DNA of 40,897 nt from Bacteroidota bacterium (GTDB taxonomy: Bacteria; Bacteroidota; Bacteroidia; Bacteroidales; B39-G9), in the NCBI GenBank assembly GCA_030592465.1, contig JAUVJB010000002.1, positions 1-40,897 of the forward strand, in the 5' to 3' direction. Both the position numbers and the translations under genes were made by a program. This document shows, piece after piece, positions 16,805 to 23,968 of the stretch (position 1 is its first letter; each line of letters opens with the position of its first letter). The notes below the pieces were generated by a model, which had not been told where the DNA came from, made no database searches, and saw only the letters and a program-made list of their open reading frames with translations.

Positions 16805-18919
16805 TTATATCAGTTTAATTGTTATTTCATTTCCTTTTTTAATTCTTGTGCCGGGCAAAATCGACTGTTCTGTAACTGCTCCTGCTCCTTCAACAGTAAC
16901 CTTCAACCCAACATTCTCAAGAATAAACAAAGCATCTTTTGCACCCATACCTTTAACATTAGGCACAACTTTACTTTTAATTAATCTATTCTGATACAGA
17001 ATATTAGAATTAGTTTTTGTTGTAACCACCCAGTCGGAATTAGTATTATTTTTAGCAACAGGTATTGATAAAGCAGCACATACATTATCTAAATCTTTTT
17101 TATAACCGCTTTTTGAATACGGAATTTTATCAGCCAAAATGTTATTATTATTAATGATATTTTTTTGCAGATCAATGTCAATAGAATATACTTTATCAGC
17201 TATTTCTTTAAAAACAGGACCGGCAACTAAGTTGCCATAATAAACATTATTTAAAGGAGCATTAACAACCACAATACAAGAATATTTTGGATTATCAGCA
17301 GGGAAATAACCACCAAATGAAGCCTGATAACTTATTTTTGATTTGTATTTATATCCATATTTACGATTTGCAATTTGAGCCGTACCGGTTTTCCCTGCAA
17401 TCTTATAATCACTATTTCTCAAATTTCTTGCAGTACCCTCTTCAACAACACCTTCTAACATTTTTTTTGCTTTTTTAATGGTTGACTTGGAGCATATTGA
17501 ATGATTAATAACCTCTGTACCATAAGTTTTAATAATATCGCCATGATCTTTAATTGCCTTAACGAATCTTGGTTTTACCATTTCTCCATCATTAGCAATA
17601 GCATTATAAAAAGTAAGTATTTGTAAAGGTGTTAAACGAATTTCATATCCAATTGATATTTGAGGCAGTGAAATACCTGACCATAAAGGATCTCCCGGAT
17701 ATTTTATATATGGTTTGCCTTCACCCTTAATTTCAATACCTGTTTTTTCGTTAAGATGCATACTGTAAAGTCGCTTCACAAATTTTTTTTCATTATTATA
17801 ATAATACTTTGTAATAATTTTAGAAATTCCTACATTTGAAGAAACTTCAAAGACTTGTTTAACTGTTATTTTCCCGTGTCCTCCAATTTTCGAGTCTCTA
17901 ACAGGAAAACCATAATATTTCACCACACCGTCACCAGTATCAACACTATCGTCTAAATCAACATAACCATCTTCTAAAGCAACTATTAACGATGCTAATT
18001 TAAAAGTTGAACCAGGCTCTGTACTTTCACCAATTGCATAATTATATTCTTCCCGATAATTACCAAGTTTATCTCTTGTTAAATTTGTAATAGCTTTAAT
18101 CTCTCCGGTTTTAACTTCCATCAACACAACACAACCATGACCTGCATCATGTTTTTTTAATTGTTTTAATAATGCATTTTGTGCAACATCTTGAATATTA
18201 ATATCAATTGTAGTAATAATATCTTTGCCATCTTGAGGTTCTACTTCGTTACCATCATTTATGGGCATCCAAACATTAGACGAAATTTTTTGCATTAATT
18301 TTATGCCATTAATACCCTTTAATTCCCTGTTAAAAGCTCCTTCAATTCCAACTATTGTTCCGGATTCTCCTTTATTCAAATAACCTATTGTACGCGAAGC
18401 GAGATTTACAAATGGCTGTATTCTTTTATTTTCTTGTGAATATATAACCCCACCCTTATATCTTCCTAATCTAAATAAAGGAAATTGCTTTAATTGTTTT
18501 AACTGTTTATAATTTACTTTTCGCTTAATTAGATGATAGCGTTCGCCTCGAAAACGTGCACTAATTAATTGTCGTTTATATTCTGATTTTAATTTATCTC
18601 CAAACAAATTTGACAAGCATAACGCAAGAGAATCAACTTTCTCATTAAATATTTTATTAGAAAGAGCTTCACTTTTAAGGTCCATTCTTATTTCATAATA
18701 TGGCAATGAACTTGCTAACAATCTGCCATCATCAGCACAAATATCACCTCTGTTTGCGTCAATAGTAATATCTTTCATAGTTAGAGTATTGGCTTTATCC
18801 CATTTATTCTTCTCAATGGTTTGCAAATAAACTACTTTGCCTATTATTACAATTGCGAGAGCAAGCATAATTACATAAACAAAACCAACTCTTAATAATA
18901 TGTCTTTTTTTACGCCCAT
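16805..18919 (-). CDS. ftsI: Class B penicillin-binding protein FtsI/PBP3 with a C-terminal PASTA-like domain
   Basis: N-terminal TM and transpeptidase motifs STFK, SSN and KTGT. The C-terminal 54 aa (VVPNVKGMGAKDALFILENVGLKV...GNEITIKLI) are PASTA-like. Confidence 0.95.
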   Translation of the reverse strand: MGVKKDILLRVGFVYVIMLALAIVIIGKVVYLQTIEKNKWDKANTLTMKDITIDANRGDICADDGRLLASSLPYYEIRMDLKSEALSNKIFNEKVDSLALCLSNLFGDKLKSEYKRQLISARFRGERYHLIKRKVNYKQLKQLKQFPLFRLGRYKGGVIYSQENKRIQPFVNLASRTIGYLNKGESGTIVGIEGAFNRELKGINGIKLMQKISSNVWMPINDGNEVEPQDGKDIITTIDINIQDVAQNALLKQLKKHDAGHGCVVLMEVKTGEIKAITNLTRDKLGNYREEYNYAIGESTEPGSTFKLASLIVALEDGYVDLDDSVDTGDGVVKYYGFPVRDSKIGGHGKITVKQVFEVSSNVGISKIITKYYYNNEKKFVKRLYSMHLNEKTGIEIKGEGKPYIKYPGDPLWSGISLPQISIGYEIRLTPLQILTFYNAIANDGEMVKPRFVKAIKDHGDIIKTYGTEVINHSICSKSTIKKAKKMLEGVVEEGTARNLRNSDYKIAGKTGTAQIANRKYGYKYKSKISYQASFGGYFPADNPKYSCIVVVNAPLNNVYYGNLVAGPVFKEIADKVYSIDIDLQKNIINNNNILADKIPYSKSGYKKDLDNVCAALSIPVAKNNTNSDWVVTTKTNSNILYQNRLIKSKVVPNVKGMGAKDALFILENVGLKVTVEGAGAVTEQSILPGTRIKKGNEITIKLI

Positions 18920-18931
18920 TAATTATAAAAC

Positions 18932-19309
18932 TTATTTTTTTTCAATAATTATTTTTTTCGGCGGCACAACAGATTCCTTTAAATCTAATCCATTCTTTTC
19001 TACAAGTTTAGCCACTTCTGATTGTTTGCTAATATACATTAGCTCTGAACTATTTGTAATTGCTTCAGCACGCAATTCTTTAACTTCGTTCTGTAAAACA
19101 ATAGTTTCTCTCACAATTTTTTCAGCCTGATAGCGATTTCCTATGTATATTATTGCTATAAGAGTAAGAAATAATATATAAGGAATTTGTTTAATAACAT
19201 TCTCACTTGTTAGAAAACTGCCACCAATAATATCTTTTATTGACCCTTTTTTATTATTTTGGGTGGCAGAATCTAATTCTTCAAAGGTTTTATCGTTATT
19301 ATACTTCAT
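18932..19309 (-). CDS. ftsL: FtsL-like small bitopic division protein
   Basis: 125 aa with a single TM (IPYILFLTLIAIIYIG) followed by a coiled-coil-like segment. The position between rsmH and ftsI is the canonical one. Confidence 0.7.
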   Translation of the reverse strand: MKYNNDKTFEELDSATQNNKKGSIKDIIGGSFLTSENVIKQIPYILFLTLIAIIYIGNRYQAEKIVRETIVLQNEVKELRAEAITNSSELMYISKQSEVAKLVEKNGLDLKESVVPPKKIIIEKK

Positions 19310-19317
19310 CCGGTCAT

Positions 19318-19542
19318 AATTTTAACATATATTACCTGCCCCGCAATTTGCCCCGTAGCGAAGCGTACTGGGGCGAAGCGTATCGGGGTCATTAATTGTC
19401 AATAAACAACTAAATGACAACAAATGACCCCGTGAAATATTGCTTCGCCATTACGAAATATGCTTCGCATTTCATTTGGTAAACATTTCACAGGGCAAAC
19501 AAATCACATTACACAAAATATAACCACGCAAAGTATATAATT
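19318..19542. repeat. aatgaca/gcgaagc-family long imperfect palindrome (copy A) in the ftsL-rsmH spacer
   Basis: cggggtcatt (19384-19393) pairs perfectly with aatgaccccg (19423-19432). The flanking arms carry gcgaagc / gcttcgc words. The 17-mer ccccgtagcgaagcgta (19351-19367) equals 40632-40648. Positions 19394-19420 match 40800-40826. The right-end module matches 22157-22200 and 40711-40751. Confidence 0.85.
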
Positions 19543-19568
19543 ATTCATGAGCTATTATTTTTTTATTA

Positions 19569-20468
19569 TTATACACGTTGCGCGATTCGAAGTTTCGCAC
19601 TTCTTGCTCTAACATTATTTTCAATTTCATTTTCGTTGGGAACAATTACTTTTTTATTCACAGCCTTAAAAAGAACTTTAAAATTCCCATAAAAATCTTT
19701 TTCAACCTCACCTTCAAATTTCCCTTTTTTAATATAATTCTTAACCAATCTATCTTCTATTGAATGATAAGTAATTACAACTAATCGACCATCCTTTTTA
19801 ATAACATCGCCCGATTGCATTAACAGGTCTTTTAAAGAATCAACCTCCCCATTAACCTCAATACGTAAAGCCTGAAACACTTTTGATAAATATTTATTCT
19901 CTCTGTTTTTCGGCATGCAATCACTAATAATTTCTTTAAACTGATTAATAGTTTTTATTTCATTTGTTTTTCTATAATTTACAATAGTGTTAACCAACTT
20001 TAAGGTATTACTTATTTCTCCATATAATTTAAAAATATTATAAAGTTGTTTTTCATGATAAATATTTAAAACATGTTTTGCTGTTATTGATGAATTTTGG
20101 TTCATTCTCATATCGAGCTCGCCATCAAATCTGTATGAAAAGCCACGCCCTGCTACATCAAAATGATGAGAAGAAACGCCCAAATCAGCAAACAAACCAT
20201 CAACTTGTCCAATATTATAATATCTTAAAAAATTTTTTAGGTATCTGAAATTATGGTTAACAAATAGTAAGCGTTGGTCGTTAATAACATTTAACACTGC
20301 ATCTTTATCTTGATCAAATGCAATTAATTTACCTTTTGTTAATTTCTTTAGAATCTCTTTTGAATGACCACCTCCACCATAAGTAACATCAACATAAGTG
20401 CCTTCAGGATTAATATTTAAGCCTTCAATACTCTCATTTAAAAGCACAGGTATGTGATAAGCTTTCAT
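19569..20468 (-). CDS. rsmH: 16S rRNA (cytosine1402-N4)-methyltransferase RsmH (MraW)
   Basis: Motifs HIPVLLNE, GGGGHS and DLGVSSHHFD. The start overlaps the mraZ stop by 1 nt. Confidence 0.95.
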   Translation of the reverse strand: MKAYHIPVLLNESIEGLNINPEGTYVDVTYGGGGHSKEILKKLTKGKLIAFDQDKDAVLNVINDQRLLFVNHNFRYLKNFLRYYNIGQVDGLFADLGVSSHHFDVAGRGFSYRFDGELDMRMNQNSSITAKHVLNIYHEKQLYNIFKLYGEISNTLKLVNTIVNYRKTNEIKTINQFKEIISDCMPKNRENKYLSKVFQALRIEVNGEVDSLKDLLMQSGDVIKKDGRLVVITYHSIEDRLVKNYIKKGKFEGEVEKDFYGNFKVLFKAVNKKVIVPNENEIENNVRARSAKLRIAQRV

Positions 20469-20935
20469 TATTCATCAAATTGATCAATTTGCCCATCCAT
20501 AATTTTTTCAGCTAATGCCGCAAAATCATCTTCATTACCAACTATATTATTGTATAATTCTTTATCCCAAATTTCTATTTTTCCATCCTGTCCTGCCAGA
20601 ATAACCTCTTTATTTATACCGACAATTTCAAGCAAACGTTTTGGAACTAAAAAACGATTACTTCCATCTAACATAATTTCAGCAGTACCCTTATAAAAAC
20701 CTCTCAAAAATTTATTATGTTCTTTTTTATAAGGATTAATTTTACTACGAATAATTTTATTTTGACGTTCCCATTCTTCAAGCGGGTAAAGAATTAGGCA
20801 TTTTTCAAAAAGATCTTTTTTAATGACAAACCTATCCTGAACAGATGATTTCATCTGGCGTTTCAAAGCAGACGGCAGCATTATTCTGCCTTTTGCATCT
20901 ACCTTACATGGATAATCTCCTATAAATGTTGTCAT
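20468..20935 (-). CDS. mraZ: Division/cell wall cluster transcriptional regulator MraZ
   Basis: 155 aa with two SpoVT-AbrB-like halves (FIGDYPCKVDAKGRIMLPSALKRQ and LDGSNRFLVPKRLLE). It is the first gene of the dcw cluster. Confidence 0.95.
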   Translation of the reverse strand: MTTFIGDYPCKVDAKGRIMLPSALKRQMKSSVQDRFVIKKDLFEKCLILYPLEEWERQNKIIRSKINPYKKEHNKFLRGFYKGTAEIMLDGSNRFLVPKRLLEIVGINKEVILAGQDGKIEIWDKELYNNIVGNEDDFAALAEKIMDGQIDQFDE

Positions 20936-20973
20936 TATAAATTACTTATTAAACGTAAAAATAAGAATTTTTT

Positions 20974-20998
20974 CCCACTTACAACCACATTTCCCCAT
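20974..20998 (-). promoter_or_regulatory. Putative MraZ operator: three direct RTGGK repeats at exact 10-bp phasing
   Basis: The minus strand reads ATGGG-5nt-GTGGT-5nt-GTGGG (plus-strand cccac 20974-20978, accac 20984-20988, cccat 20994-20998), 39-63 nt upstream of the mraZ ATG. A fourth in-phase GTGGG lies at 21034-21038. Confidence 0.45.
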
Positions 20999-21121
20999 TT
21001 TTTTACACAATTGTTAATAACTTTCTAACATCACCCACCAACAATCATCGCAATATGCTATATATCAGCATATTACATAAGCCACGAACAAAAAAAAATT
21101 ATTTTAAATAAGCAGGTATTT

Positions 21122-21135
21122 TTTTATTATCTTCG
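21122..21135 (+). promoter_or_regulatory. Putative Bacteroidota -7 promoter element (ttttattatcttcg)
   Basis: The 14-mer is identical to 1956-1969 and lies 22 nt upstream of the ATG at 21157. No clear -33 TTTG is seen. Confidence 0.3.
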
Positions 21136-21156
21136 TAAAGTAAAATTATATTTTTT

Positions 21157-22017
21157 ATGGGGGGAGAATTACCAAAAAATAAAACACAACTCATTAATAT
21201 TGAAGAAGTTATTAAAAATAAAAATCCTCAATTAATAAAAATACTGCCAAAATTTATTATTAACTTCATAAAAAGAATTATTCATCAAGACGAAATAAAT
21301 TTTTCTTTAAAAAAACATTCCATCATAAAAGGCGTTGATTTTGTTAATAATGTTTTAAACGATATTGGCGTTAAGTATAAAATTATTGGGGAAGAAAATA
21401 TTCCAAAATCCGGGAAATTTATTTTTGCATCAAATCACCCGCTTGGTGGTTTAGACGGATTAATTTTTATAAGTGCAATTACAAAATTTTTCAAACAAAT
21501 TAAATTTCCTGTAAACGATATATTATTAAATATTGATAAGTTTGAAGACCTTTTTTTACCAATAAACAAACATGGCAAGCAAGCTCGTCAAGATATTAAC
21601 GAACTTAATGAAGCATACAAATCAGATGCACAAATTTTATACTTTCCGGCAGGCTTATGCTCTCGCAAAATTAAAGGTAAAATAACAGATCTTAAATGGC
21701 AAAAAAATTTTATTCATCAAGCCATTAAAAATAAAAGAGATATCATACCGGTACATATTGATGGAAAAAATTCAAGTTTTTTTTACAGATTAGCAAACAT
21801 TAGAGAATTTTTTCGTATAAAGGCAAATATTGAAATGTTCTTTTTACCAAATGAGATGTTTAAACAAAAATCTAAAAAAAACATTTTACGTATTGGCAAA
21901 CCCATTTCATATAAATTATTTCTCGATAAATCAAAAACTTTAGGACAATGGGCTAAATATGTTAGAGACAAAACATATTCTCTTGTTAAAAATAAAAATG
22001 TGAATAATATACTGTAA
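21157..22017 (+). CDS. PlsC-family lysolipid O-acyltransferase (GlsA/OlsA-like)
   Basis: 286 aa with the acyltransferase motif region FASNHPLGGLDG (a variant of HX4D) and YFPAG. It is adjacent to an OlsB/GlsB-like N-acyltransferase. Confidence 0.75.
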   Translation: MGGELPKNKTQLINIEEVIKNKNPQLIKILPKFIINFIKRIIHQDEINFSLKKHSIIKGVDFVNNVLNDIGVKYKIIGEENIPKSGKFIFASNHPLGGLDGLIFISAITKFFKQIKFPVNDILLNIDKFEDLFLPINKHGKQARQDINELNEAYKSDAQILYFPAGLCSRKIKGKITDLKWQKNFIHQAIKNKRDIIPVHIDGKNSSFFYRLANIREFFRIKANIEMFFLPNEMFKQKSKKNILRIGKPISYKLFLDKSKTLGQWAKYVRDKTYSLVKNKNVNNIL

Positions 22018-22200
22018 ACGGTTATAATTTATAATTGTCATTAAATAGTTGAATTACGGCGAAGCCAAATGACTATAAATGACAGCAAAGCGTAATGACA
22101 ACAAATGACCCTGATGAAATAACCTGATAAATCAGGATTTCACGGGGTGAACGGGGCAAGCAAATCATATTACTCAAAATATAATCGTGTAGAGTATAAT
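22018..22200. repeat. aatgaca/gcgaagc-family element (copy B) between the two acyltransferase genes
   Basis: The 19-mer cgtaatgacaacaaatgac (22091-22109) is identical to 40645-40663. The right-end module caagcaaatcatattactcaaaatataatcgtgtagagtataat (22157-22200) matches 19497-19542 and 40711-40751. Confidence 0.85.
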
Positions 22201-22212
22201 AAAAATAAAAAA

Positions 22213-23193
22213 ATGCAACAAATAATATCTCCGGTTCCGAGAAGTGAACTTTTAAAAGAATTAACTGACGATAAATTTATTAGAGACACCAACAAAGCAA
22301 AAAACAAAATTTATATCTTCTCCCATCAAGACTCCCCAAACTTAATGCGAGAAGTAGGCAGGTTAAGAGAAATTTCATTTAGAGAAGCAGGAGGAGGAAC
22401 AGGCGAAGAACTTGATGTTGATAAATTTGACACTTCTAAAAATCCCTACAAACAGTTAATTGTGTGGGATCCAAAAGCAAAAGAAATAGTTGGTGGATAT
22501 AGATTTATTTTAACCGGAGACGCTGATAAAGATGAAAATGGAAATCCAATTTTAGCTACTTCACGATTATTTAACTTTTCCGATAAATTTAATGCTGATT
22601 ATTTACCTTGTTTAATTGAACTTGGCAGGTCATTTATTCAACCTAAATATCAGTCAATTAAATCACATGCAAAAAGTATCTTTGCGTTAGATAATTTATG
22701 GGATGGTTTAGGTGCTTTAATAATTAATCATCCTGAAATAAAATACTTTTTTGGCAAAGTAACAATGTATCCTCATTATAATAAAGAAGCTCGTAATTTA
22801 CTTTTATTCTTTATTCGTAAATATTTTAGAGATGACGATAACCTTATTTCTCTAATAGATCCTTTAGAAATTGACTGGGATATTAAAGAACTTGATAAAA
22901 TATTTTTGGGGAATTCTTATAAAGAAAATTATAAAATACTATCAAAAAAAGTACGTTCGTATGATGAAAATATTCCACCATTGGTTAATGCTTATATGAA
23001 TCTTTCAGCAACAATGAAAACATTTGGCACTTCAATAAATCCCCATTTCGGTAATGTTGAAGAAACAGCTATTTTAATTTCAATCAAAGATGTTTATGAA
23101 TCTAGACTCGACAGGCATCTTTTTTCTTATAAAACCTTTTTAGATAATTTGAAAAAAAATATATTAAATAATTTACCATATTCCAGTCATTAA
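22213..23193 (+). CDS. GNAT-type (hemolysin-like, OlsB/GlsB-like) amino-acid N-acyltransferase
   Basis: Block LREISFREAGGGTGEELDVDKFD...QLIVWDPKAKEIVGGYRFI is typical of N-acyl amino acid synthases. The ORF-track GTG start at 22147 lies inside the repeat; the ATG at 22213 is preferred. Confidence 0.8.
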   Translation: MQQIISPVPRSELLKELTDDKFIRDTNKAKNKIYIFSHQDSPNLMREVGRLREISFREAGGGTGEELDVDKFDTSKNPYKQLIVWDPKAKEIVGGYRFILTGDADKDENGNPILATSRLFNFSDKFNADYLPCLIELGRSFIQPKYQSIKSHAKSIFALDNLWDGLGALIINHPEIKYFFGKVTMYPHYNKEARNLLLFFIRKYFRDDDNLISLIDPLEIDWDIKELDKIFLGNSYKENYKILSKKVRSYDENIPPLVNAYMNLSATMKTFGTSINPHFGNVEETAILISIKDVYESRLDRHLFSYKTFLDNLKKNILNNLPYSSH

Positions 23194-23204
23194 AATTAAC
23201 TCAA

Positions 23205-23711
23205 ATGAAAAAATTCAGTTATTTATTATTATTGGCTTTAATTATTAACATAGGAACTACTAAAGCCCAAAACGAAAAATATAAGGCTATATTTATTTAT
23301 AACTTTACAAAATATGTTGAATGGCCTGCTTCTGTAAAACAGGATAAATTTATTATTGGTGTTTATGGCAATTCGCCTATAATTAAAGAACTGTCAACTA
23401 TTTCTCAAAATAAAACTGCAGGTTCGAAACAAATTGAAGTAATACGGTATTCGTCAATCGACCAAATAAGCAATTGTAATATACTTTATATTACTAAAAG
23501 CAAGGGCAATAAAACAAACGACATTATTTCAAAAGTAAATAATCAAAACACCTTAATTATTTCAGACGGACATTCAATTTCTGATAATGGTGCTTCAATA
23601 AACTTTGTTGTTAAGGATGGTAAGCAAAAATTTGAAATCAGCAAAAAAAACATACAACAACAAGGTCTAAATGTTGACCCTAAATTAATCTCTTTGGGTA
23701 TTAAAATATGA
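23205..23711 (+). CDS. YfiR/DUF4154 family periplasmic protein
   Basis: Signal peptide, then KAIFIYNFTKYVEWP...FIIGVYG...ILYI...LIISD...GASINFVV...KFEIS, a pattern typical of DUF4154. It starts 12 nt after the preceding stop. Confidence 0.75.
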   Translation: MKKFSYLLLLALIINIGTTKAQNEKYKAIFIYNFTKYVEWPASVKQDKFIIGVYGNSPIIKELSTISQNKTAGSKQIEVIRYSSIDQISNCNILYITKSKGNKTNDIISKVNNQNTLIISDGHSISDNGASINFVVKDGKQKFEISKKNIQQQGLNVDPKLISLGIKI

Positions 23712-23732
23712 TAAAAATAATAAGGTTAAATT

Positions 23733-23880
23733 AATCGCATGAGTCCACTGTGAAAACTATCCGCCAACTGGCGGATTAGCCGATTAGTGGTTTTGCAATA
23801 GACTGATATACAGGATTATAACCTCCAATCTTTCCGTCAGCTGACGGATTAACCGCTTTTCGGAGTGGATTCATCGCATT
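23733..23880. repeat. 148-bp nested palindromic element X (outer 24-bp stem enclosing two GC-rich hairpins)
   Basis: The outer arms 23733-23756 and 23857-23880 pair at 20 of 24 positions (18 Watson-Crick, 2 G-T). Hairpin atccgccaactggcggat is at 23759-23776. Perfect palindrome tccgtcagctgacgga is at 23833-23848 and is identical to 28766-28781. Confidence 0.85.
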
Positions 23881-23911
23881 AAAAATATAATAATAAACAC
23901 TAACTATCAAT

Positions 23912-23947
23912 AACAAAAAACGACAACCTTTAAAAGTCGTCGTTTTT
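23912..23947. terminator. Intrinsic terminator between convergent yfiR-like and T9SS-cargo genes
   Basis: Stem acgacaac (23920-23927) / gtcgtcgt (23936-23943). On the minus strand the odd pair is a G-U, followed by TTTTTTGTT. On the plus strand it is followed by TTTT. Confidence 0.7.
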
Positions 23948-23968
23948 ACATTATATAAAAGTTTAATA

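Noticed and set aside
22193-22200. The agTATAAT at the conserved right end of the aatgaca-family elements as a sigma70-type -10 box
   Set aside because: Bacteroidota primary sigma factors use TAnnTTTG rather than TATAAT. The same terminus occurs at 19533-19542 and 40743-40751, where no plus-strand gene follows. In copy B it is only 12 nt from the ATG.
23205-23711. The YfiR-like gene as part of a YfiBNR c-di-GMP signalling module
   Set aside because: No diguanylate cyclase (YfiN) or OmpA-like lipoprotein (YfiB) gene is adjacent. The neighbours are lipid acyltransferases and a T9SS cargo gene.
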